Source of the DNA: Amoebidium appalachense
Taxonomy: Eukaryota > Protista > Ichthyosporea
DNA length: 64,000 bases
Reading direction: 5' to 3'
NCBI GenBank assembly: GCA_963693365.1
Contig: CAVNZM010000009.1
Coordinates: forward strand, 7,421,408-7,485,407
The notes below the pieces were generated by a model. It did no database searches, was not told the DNA's origin, and was given only the letters and a program-made list of their open reading frames with translations. The translations under genes were made by a program, and so were the position numbers. Shown here piece by piece: positions 53,948 to 64,000 of the stretch. How positions within the stretch are numbered: position 1 is the first letter of the stretch; each line of letters starts with the position of its first letter.

Positions 53948-54789
53948 CCGGTGGCCACACACATGCGCATGCACATACACACGAAAGCGGAGTCTGACAC
54001 ACAGACATGCACGGTGTCACAACATACTCGCACACCTTTGATCACGTGTGTCTTCTTGTGATACCACGGGACCCATACATGCACGTTGGCCACAAGAACA
54101 CATGCAAAACATGCAGCACGAACCTGCAAGTTCTTAAATTTGCACCCACCCCCAGACTGCAGATGGAGTGCATGGTCGTCATGGGGCCAGTGCTCAGTTC
54201 GCTGTGGCTCCGGCTACCAACTGTGCACACGGGCCATGGTGCCCGCAACTAACGGCGGCGCCCCATGTGTTGGCCAGTCTCGCGACTCAAAGCCATGCAC
54301 CATGCCGGCATGTGGTGGGTGTCTTCAACCCCTCCCCCCCACCTTTCCCCCTCCCCCATGCCGGCATGTGGTGGGTGTCTTCAACCCCTCCCCCCCACCT
54401 TTCCCCCTCCCGCTCCTCCCCCCACCCTCCCCACTCCCTCCCCTCCATCCCTCCGCCTCCTTCTCCCCCGGGCAACAAAGAGCATCCTACTCGTAGTACA
54501 CCTTTGTCACTATTTATGAGCTGTCAAGCCCGCCATTACACACAGTTATAAGGGGAAAGAAGAGGTAAAGAAGAGGTTTAACCTATCTAATTCCCAATCA
54601 TTATGATGCAGCCTCCAAGGATTGTGGGTGGCTCGGCTGGTCTGCGTGGAGCACATGCAGCAAGACATGTGATACCGGTGTAACGACACGCACGCGCAAA
54701 TCTTTCCCAATTAGCTACGGCGCTGTGTGCACATTCTCTGGCAAGGAAACGAAAGCATGCAGTGTGAAGGCCTGTGGTGAGTACTAAAT

Positions 54790-54828
<39 letters not shown>

Positions 54829-55308
54829 CTCTTCCCCGTTTTAAATTTCCAATACCTCCCAACCCCCTCCCCTCTCCCCCCCTCCCCCTCCTGCTCCCCT
54901 CCCTTCACCATTTTGACCTTCACGAGTGCCGCTATTCATAAAGATAGCAAGAACACTTCACTAGGTATAAATTAGTTTATACCTAGTGACTACTTTACTA
55001 CGTATAACACACAGTCACACCTTTGCAGAACACCACATTTACCCTCCTTTCTGCCCATGCAGCCAGGGCATGCACGTGGAATGCGTGGAGCAACTGGGGC
55101 AGCTGCAGCAAAACCTGTGGCACAGGCGCCACCAAGACCCGTACACGCACCCAAAATCCCACTGTCGGTGGCGGCGCTGCATGCACTGGCGCCGCAACTG
55201 ACGTGACTGGATGCACCCTATCACCATGCAGTAAGTACCCTCCCCCCTCCCCCCTCTCTCCCTCCGTCTCCATCTATTTCCCCCTCTCCCCCCCTCCCCC
55301 CACCACCA

Positions 55309-55354
<46 letters not shown>

Positions 55355-55751
55355 GCACACACCACCGTGGCACACACACACAAAGTGGCACACATTATGA
55401 TACCAACACATACAGAGTCATTACTTTTACTAATAACCCAACACTCTCCCCCCTTCCCCACTTCCCCTAATACTCCTACTAATAACCCAACACTCTCCCC
55501 CCTTCCCCCCTTCCCCTTACAGTCAATGGAGATAAGATCAACTGCCAGTGGAGTGCATGGGGAGCTGCCAGTAAATGCAGCAAAACGTGTGGTGGTGGCA
55601 CGGCCACACAGAACCGCACAAAAATCGGCCCATCCAACGGCGGTGCTGACTGCATCGGAAGCCCAACCCAAACTATTGCCTGCAATACGTCACCTTGCTG
55701 TAAGTGCCCTTATCCCCCCCCCCCCCCCCCCCCCCCAGCCCCTCCCCCCCT

Positions 55752-55782
<31 letters not shown>

Positions 55783-57083
55783 ACCACCAGCAGACACGCA
55801 CATACACTCACATGCATACACTCCGGACAAGTTGTCCTTCTATCCCACCCCTATTCCCCCTCCGTCCTATCCGGTGTGTGCCTACACCCTACACCCCATC
55901 TCCCCCTCCCCCCCCCCCCCCCCCCCCCCACCCTCACCCGCTTCGTGCATGCCTGCCCATCGTGCATGCCTGCCCATCGTTCCACCCTACATCAAAACTC
56001 ATTCTTTTTTTTATCACATACACACAGTAAAAATGGAGCCATTCAACTGCCAAAACTCATTCTTTTTTTTATCACATACACACAGTAAAAATGGAGCCAT
56101 TCAACTGCCAGTGGAGTGCATGGGGGCCCCAGAGCACCTGCAGCAAAACGTGTGGTGGTGGCACGGCCACACAGACACGCACAAAGACCGGCCCATTCAA
56201 CGGCGGCGCAGACTGTGTCGGGAGCGCAACTCAAACGGTTGACTGCAACATCCAGTTTTGCGGTATGTCGTGGCCCCTCGATTCCTGATTAATTCTTCAC
56301 AAAGAAAGCACTCTACCATAAGGAAAGGGTTAGGAAGCCCAACCATTTTTAAGTTGAATAGAAGCCCACACAAAGAAAACAATCAAAAACAATCTGCACA
56401 AAGAGACTCCTTTCGGTCAGTGCACCTGTTTCACTAGCGCTATCGATGCCTGACACGATTAGTTTGCAGTGCCCGTGGAGCCTTTCGACTGTGTGTGGGG
56501 CCAGTGGGTGAACGAGGGCACATGCAGCAAAACGTGCGGTGGCGGCTTCGTTTCACAGATTCGCAACAAGACCGGCCCATTCAACGGCGGTAGAGATTGT
56601 GTCGGCAACCCCAGACAGGACATCCCTTGCAACACGCCGAATTGCCGTAATGATCCCCTCCCTCCCCCCCTCCCCCTCCCCCCCTTCTCCCCACCACCAC
56701 CACACACACACACACATACATAATACACACAGTGTGCTACTGTCACAGTGTGTGTTCAATACTACCCACCTTTTCTGAGCCAAATTGTCATGCACGTGGG
56801 TGTTGTTTAGTGCCCAACCAATTGGTGGATTATTTATTTTTGTCGCTCTACAGCCTTGGCACCAGTGGACTGCACATGGGGCGAATGGGCGAATGAGGGC
56901 ACATGCAGCAAAACGTGTGGTGGCGGCACCATCACACAGACCCGCAGCAAGACCGGCCCATTCAACGGCGGCGCAGAGTGCCCGGGCAATGCCATCCAGA
57001 TTGTTGCCTGCAACCCCCAGCAATGCCGTGAGTTCCACTACCATTTTTCTCCCCTCCATACCACATGTGTTCACCTTCCACAT

Positions 57084-57125
<42 letters not shown>

Positions 57126-58781
57126 CCCCGCCCTTCCCCCCTTATCCCCTGTTTGATGATCAAGGGGTCCGCTGTTATGTTGGGAATACGGGGGTACTCC
57201 TATTCCACCGTATTTTGGATTTTTAAAGGAATTTTAGAAATTTCTCGCACCAAGGACGGCCCATTGAACGGCGGTGCTGACTGTGTTGGTGAGGCCGTGA
57301 GGGACTTCCCCTGCAACACAGATGCCTGCCGTAAGTAGCCCCCATACACTTACTAATGTTGTTATGTTTTTTGTTCATCAAATCGTCAAATCGACATCCC
57401 CTCATGCATTCTCCTCTTGTTCATCAAATCGTAAAATCGACTTCCCCTCATGCATTCTCCCCTACAGCGGTACCCGTGGACTGCACATGGAGTGAGTGGT
57501 CATCCACCGGGAGTGAGTGGTCATCCACCGGCAGCTGCAGCAAAACGTGTGGTGGCGGCACCATCTCACAGACCCGCACCAAGACCGGCCCATTCAATGG
57601 CGGCGCAGAATGCCCGGGTATTGACAACCAGGTTGCTTCCTGCAACAGCCAGGCCTGCGGTATGAAAACATCTTCCTTTTTATCCTCCCAACTCCGTCTT
57701 CCCCCTCCCCTCTTCGCCATCTGTTTCTTACCCCCCCCCCCCCCCCCCCCCCCCCCCCCATGCTCCCCCGCCCCCTCTCCTTGCTCCCTGTCCCGCACTG
57801 TGCCTCTCTCTCTCCACCCCCTCCAACCCTCCTTTTTTCCTTCCCTGTTCTCTCTTTTGGATGCAACCCGTTCTCTCTTTTGGATGCAGCCCTGTTCTCT
57901 CTTTTGGATGCACAGCCATAGTCATTTATGTTCCTTTCACTACAGCGGTACCCGAGGACTGCATATGGGGCAACTGGGTTTCGACTGGCAGCTGCAGCAA
58001 AACGTGTGGTGGCGGCACCATATCACAGACCCGCACCAAGACCGGCCCATTCAACGGCGGCGCAGAATGCCCGGGTATTGACAGCCAGGTCGCTTCCTGC
58101 AACACCCAGGCCTGCGGTATGAAAACATTTTTCTTTTTATCCCCCCCCCCCCCCCCTCCCCCTCCCCCCACCCACCCTCTCCCCATCTCTGTGTCCCCCC
58201 CCCCCCCTCCTCCCGCTTCCCTTCCCCCCCCCCCCCCCCCTCCCCCCCCCCCTCCTCCCGGTCCCTTGCCCTGCTCCCTGTACCGCCCCCTCCCCCTCCC
58301 CCCGCTCCCTCCCCCTGCTCCCTGTCCGCACTGTGTCTCTTTCTCTCCGGCCCCTCCACCCTCCCTCTTTTCCTTCCCTGCTCTCTCCCTGTGTCCTCTC
58401 TCTTGCATGCACCCTTCACAGCCCCTCGACCCTCCCTCTTTTCCTTCCCTGTCCTCTCTCCCTGTGTCCTATCCTACAGTATGCACCCTTCACGGCATTA
58501 CCAACATTACCAACATGCTCATTTATGTTTCCTTCACTACAGCTGTACCCTTTGACTGCACATGGAGTGAGTGGTCATCCACCGGCAGCTGCAGCAAAAC
58601 GTGTGGTGGCGGCACCATCTCACAGACCCGCACCAAGACCGGCCCATTCAACGGCGGTGCAGAATGCCCGGGCAGTACCAGCCAGGACATCCCCTGCAAC
58701 ACCCAGGCCTGCGGTATGAAAACATTTCTCTCTTTATCCCCCCCCCCCCCCCCCCCCCCTATGAAAACATTTCTCTCTTTA

Positions 58782-58814
<33 letters not shown>

Positions 58815-60469
58815 CCCACTTCCCTCTCTCGTCCCCCCCCACTTCCCTCTCTCGCACTCTCGCACACCATATCTCTCCTCACTGCCTATCGCTTTCTCTC
58901 ATGCACACTCCCTCTCATGCACACTCTCACTTCCCCCTAGCACTAGCACTGCTCTTCTCCCCTTCCCCCCCCCGGGTACTGTCTCTCTCTCCCCCAGCTG
59001 TGTCTTTCTCTCTCCCCTTCCTCCCCAACCCCCCCCCCCCCCCCCCCTCCCCCCCTTTCCCCCCCCTTCCCCCCACACAAATGAAGGCGTGAAAAGGGTG
59101 CTCATTTATGGTTTCCTCACTACAGCTTTACCCGAGGACTGCACATGGAGCAGCTGGGCGTCGTATGGCAGCTGTAGCAAAACCTGTGGTGGCGGCACCA
59201 TCACACAGTATCGCACCAAGACCGGATCATTCAACGGCGGGGCTGAATGCGCCGGCAGCACCAGCCAGGACATCCCCTGCAACACCCAGGCCTGCGGTAT
59301 GAAAACATCTCTCTCTTTATCCCCCGCCCTCCCCCTTCCCCCCCTCCCCTCCCCCTTCCCCCCTCCCCCTTTCCAAGCGAGAATCTTCCAGAAGGACCTC
59401 CCGCTGTGTCTCTCTCTTCTCTCCCCCTTCCTCCCCCCTCCCCCCCCCCCCCCCCCTTCCCCCCGCTCCCTCTCCCCTCTCACGGTGTCTCTCTGTATTC
59501 GTGTGTAATTTATGTTTCTTTTCACTACAGCTGTGCCCTTTGACTGCACATGGAGCAACTGGGTGTCCTATGGCAGCTGTAGCAAAACTTGTGGTGGCGG
59601 CACCATCTCACAGACTCGCACCAAGACCGGCCCATTCAACGGCGGGGCAGAGTGCCCGGGCAGTGCCAGCCAGGACATCCCCTGCAACACCCAGGCCTGC
59701 GGTATGAAAACATATCTCTCTTTATCCCCCCCCCCTCCCCCCTCCCCCCCCCCCCCCCCCCCCCCCCACTTCCCTCTCTCGTCCCCCCCCACTTCCCTCT
59801 CTCGCACTCTCGCACTCCATATCTCTCCTCACTGCCTATCGCTCCCTGTCATGCACACTCTCGCACTTCCCCCTAGCACTGCTCTTCTCCCTCCCCCTCC
59901 CCCCCCCCCCCCCCCCCCTCTCCCCCGGCACTGTCTCTCTCTCCCCCAGCTGTGTCCCTCTCTCCCCTTCCTCCCTCCCTCCCCCCCCCCCCCCCCCCCC
60001 CCTTCCCCCTAAGTTTGTGTGTACAGGTGTGAAAAGGGTGCTCATTGATGGTTTCCTCACTACAGCTGTACCCGAGGACTGCACATGGAGCAACTGGGCG
60101 TCGTATGGCAGCTGTAGCAAAACGTGTGGTGGCGGCACCATCTCACAGACCCGCACCAAGACCGGCCCATCAAACGGCGAGGCAGAGTGCCGGGGCAGTG
60201 CCACCCAGAATGCTCCATGCAACACTCAGCAATGCCGTATGTGAACCTCTATCCCCCCCCCCTCCCCCTCCCCCCCCCCCCCCCCTTTCTCTTAGTAGTA
60301 CAACTATTAGTACAACTCACCACAGAAAAGCCTTCGCTCTTTAAACCTTTCTTCCATTTTCTTGGTGATAAACAACGCCTCCGTCTTTTCATCAGATTCT
60401 CCATAAATTAAGAGGTTCGAGTTTCATTATACCTCCACATTTTAATCCGTCAGATCGTATACTAGTTAT

Positions 60470-60512
<43 letters not shown>

Positions 60513-61158
60513 CTTACATCATAATATTCCACTTACCTTATTCATTCTTAGCATGCCTCTGTCTCCAGAACCAATGAGACTTATATATAAGCCTCGACGT
60601 CTAACGCACACACACACACACACACACACACCTTCTCCTTAACACTCCCCACCCCCCCTTACATCCACGTCGAATAAGAGTAGAGACGAAAAGGAGAAGA
60701 GAAGTCCATAGAGGAGAAGAGAAGTCCACGAACCCCAAAATTCCAAAATACGGTGGAATAAGAGTAGAGACGAACACACACACACACCTTCTCCTTAACA
60801 CTCCCCAGCCCCCCTTACATCCCGCCCCCATCCCCCCTTACATCCCCCTTTACACATACACTCCCCCACACTCTCCCACACTCCCCCTCCCCTTCCCCTC
60901 CCATACCCCCCCCCCCCCCCCCCCCCCCTCCCCACACTGGTCACACTCCCCCTCCCCTCCCCCCTCCCATACACCCCCCCCCCCCTCCCCACACTGATAT
61001 GTGAACTTCTATCCTCCCCCCTCCCCCCCTCCCCGGCCCGGCTTCCCTAATACATCCCCCTTTACTTACACATACACTCCCCCACACTCCCCTTCCCCTT
61101 CCCCTCCCATACACACACACCCCCCCCCCTGCCCACACTGGTATGTGAACTTCTATCC

Positions 61159-61203
<45 letters not shown>

Positions 61204-61480
61204 GCCCGGCTTCCCTAACCCCCCCCCCTGTATACAGTTCATTTATGAACCAAAATACAGTTCATTTACATGTTTTTCTCTCCTTTCTCTCCTACAGCGG
61301 CACCGGTTGACTGCACATGGAGCAACTGGGTGTCCACCGGCAGCTGCAGCAAAACGTGTGGTGGCGGCACCATCTCACAGACCCGCACCAAGACCGGCCT
61401 ATATAACGGCGGTGCTGAGTGCCCGGGCAGTGCCAGCCAGAATGCTCCATGCAACACACAGGCCTGTGGTGAGTTTCCAG

Positions 61481-61548
<68 letters not shown>

Positions 61549-62825
61549 GACACTAATCTCCACAAAAAAACGACACTAATCTCCCGGCACAATCACTTTT
61601 TCTCCTCTAGTGAATCTCCCGGCTGATATATATCATAGCTGATATATATATATCATATATATACATACATACTATTGAGCTGACATATCTCCCCCCAACC
61701 CACAGCCCCCCAACCCACAGCTTGTGGTTGGACCGCATGGTCTGCATGGTCTGCCTGTCCCATCGTAAGATCCAACACCGTGTGCACGGGCACAGAAACA
61801 AGAAACCGCACACGCAATGGAAGCTCGTGCGGACAGGAGTTGGAAACACTCACGTGCCCTTGTGGTAAGCATCTTCCCTCCCCCTCCCTCTACCCCACGA
61901 ACACACACACACAAATGCACCTCCCCCTCCCTCTACCCCACGAACACACACACACAAATGCAGACGCGGCGCACAAATAAGAGGCGCCGGCGCACACACA
62001 CACACACAGACCAAATCACAACTCTCCTGTCTCGCCCCCACCCAACAGATAGTCCACACCACACCTCCCGTCTACCATTATACTAACCTCCGTTTGCTTC
62101 CCTCCCCCCACCCAACCCTCCCCCGTCCTCCCCCTCCCCGCGGCCCCCTCCCCCCCCCCCCCCCCCCCTCCCTCCCCCCAGTGTGCACGGAGTACGGCAA
62201 ATACTTTATCCCCGGGGGGGTGACCTCTCTTGCCGATGCAACTGCTGCCTGTGCCCTCTATGGCGGCAAGCTGGCCGTCGTGTCCGACCCAGATATCGCA
62301 CCCCCAGCTGGTGCCGTGAAAGGCAAGTCTCCCACCTAGCATTCTTTCCCTCCCTCTCTTTTCCCGTTTACCACCTACACACACACGCGCGCATAGCACA
62401 TACACACGAAACACACACAACATCCCCTCCCTCCCCCCCCCCCCCCCCCCCCCCCCCCCTAACTGAAACTGGATGCCCCCCCCCCCCCCCCCAGACCCCC
62501 CCTCGGCACTTCTGCAACCCCTCTCCAATCACACGCTTATAGTCTACGTGACTGCTCCCCCCCCCCGGCCACCTCCCCCTTTCTCTCCTCCTCGTTCACC
62601 CCTTCCACACCACCACAAGTGCCCCCTTTATCCCCGGAGTAAATGGGGGTACGCAGATTTCTTGTCTCTTCTCTCCTCTACTCTTACTCTAAGCTCGAAA
62701 GTAAAAGTCACCCAAAGCGTCCAAAAACCGAAGTCCCCCAAGGCGTCCAAAAACCGGTAGTAAAGGTCCCAAAAAACTGAAAAAAACTATTTTTTTTTTA
62801 AAAAAAAAAAAAACTGACCGGAAAA

Positions 62826-62889
<64 letters not shown>

Positions 62890-63053
62890 ACACAGTGTTC
62901 CAGACGAACCGATCGGAGAAGTTGATTAAGAACCGCTGCGGCACCAGTTCGTGGATCAGCACCACATCGCCAAACAACTGTCTTGATTGGTCGAGCATGA
63001 GGAAGGGCGTGTGCACTGACCCAATCGCAGTGCTCTGCCAGCTTTCCCCTTAA
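53571..63053 (+). CDS. Secreted thrombospondin type-1 (TSR) multi-repeat protein with C-terminal C-type-lectin-like domain, ~19 exons
   Basis: Signal-peptide exon 53571-53754. Phase-1 TSR exons: 54156-54314, 54612-54776, 55063-55230, 55523-55699, 56086-56262, 56470-56646, 56854-57027, 57238-57330 (half repeat), 57468-57659, 57946-58116, 58543-58713, 59126-59296, 59531-59701, 60066-60236, 61298-61468, 61721-61864; typical motif CxWxxW...[26 protein letters not shown]. Then 62182-62322 ([19 protein letters not shown] donor) and 62896-63053 (SWIS...NNC...C.DPIAVLCQ stop). No transmembrane segment seen. Confidence 0.88.
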
Positions 63054-63456
63054 ATGCCGCCTTAAACCCCTTAGCTGATTGGTCGAGCATGAGGATGGGC
63101 GTGTGCGCGAACCCAATCGCAGTGCTCTGCCAGCTTTCCCCTTAAATGCGGCCTTAAACCCCTTAACTGTTTCCCGCTCCGAGGAAATACTGCGGGTCAT
63201 TCTTTCGGGAAAATGCTCTGGGTTTTCCACTCCGAGGAAGTACCGTGGGTCATTTTCCGGGAAAATTATCCGATTTTTCCGTTTCGGGTGCAAACTAGTC
63301 ATTCCCGTGTAAGTAGTATGGAGAAAACTTAGAGAGAGCGTTACAGAGAGCCTCATGGTCATGGGGTTTGATAGATTTTGTAGACAGAATGTGCACTATA
63401 ACAAGAGCCTCTTGGTCATGGGGTTTGATAGATTTTGTAGACAGAATGTGCACTAT
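62984..63456. repeat. Three adjacent short tandem duplications at and after the TSR gene 3' end
   Basis: ~92-bp unit at 62984-63075 and 63076-63166 (includes the stop codon); ~55-bp unit CTCCGAGGAA...GGGAAAAT at ~63177 and ~63229; ~58-bp unit AGAGCCTC.TGGTCATGGGG...GCACTATA at ~63347 and ~63404. Confidence 0.85.
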
Positions 63457-63949
63457 ATGTAAATACATCGCTTTACGGTATAATATGATTTTTATTGTAG
63501 TAACTAGCCATTATATGGCCAGAAAAATTAAATCTCCTGTCTGGGCTGGACCCGACAGAAAACCGATATCTGAAAACCGATATATGTGAGACTCAAGTGT
63601 GTGTGTGTGTGTGTTATCACCAATATGTCATACACACGTGCACACACACACAAGCACCAAGCACCACCAAATCGCTTTCGGGTCTGACCCGACCCGGATC
63701 TTAAAGAAACCCCATATAAGTTAGCCACGATGTGCACACCGTCACCACACGTTGCCTGGCGCAGCAGTCAGCTGCAGTCGTTGATTATGTATGTGCGACA
63801 ATTTACCATGTTCTGTATTTAGGATTTTTATTTTCATCTTATATCCTGACGGAAGCTTCGTATAAGAGTAGAGTAGGGATACCCCCCCCCCCCTCACGAT
63901 GAGAGAAGACACGCGCACATACATAATCATGTGCGTGTGTGTGTGTCGG

Positions 63950-63993
<44 letters not shown>

Positions 63994-64000
63994 CCGCGCG

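Noticed and set aside
56470-61468. CRISPR-like regularly spaced repeats
   Set aside because: The repeats are ~170-bp coding TSR exons bounded by splice sites in a eukaryotic gene.

Overview
Intron-rich eukaryotic DNA. By gene content it is probably an opisthokont/unicellular holozoan-type genome; this is an inference. Introns and intergenic DNA are saturated with poly-G/poly-C tracts and (CA)n, (GA)n and (GCGT)n microsatellites, so most ORFs in the supplied track are low-complexity artefacts. Hand-splicing gives four multi-exon genes. (1) FANCB-like (minus, 1519-9158, 5 exons, ~843 aa). (2) SEC11 signal peptidase (plus, 9834-15306, 4 exons, 182 aa), head-to-head with FANCB. (3) DDX60-like Ski2-family RNA helicase (minus, 20081-41226, 19 exons, ~1920-1940 aa, one frameshift in a homopolymer). 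(4) A secreted protein with 15.5 thrombospondin type-1 repeats, one per exon, plus a C-type-lectin-like C-terminus (plus, 53571-63053). There is also an intronless ORF resembling only the N-terminal cullin repeats plus an acidic tail (42353-43696), with a decayed paralog at ~16.4-17.0 kb, so the pair flanks DDX60. Mobile DNA includes a degenerate THAP/P-element-like transposase, several MITE-like elements, and a dispersed, structured, 5'-truncated repeat family (7 copies plus one fold-back arm) whose 3' end abuts a poly-C tract.
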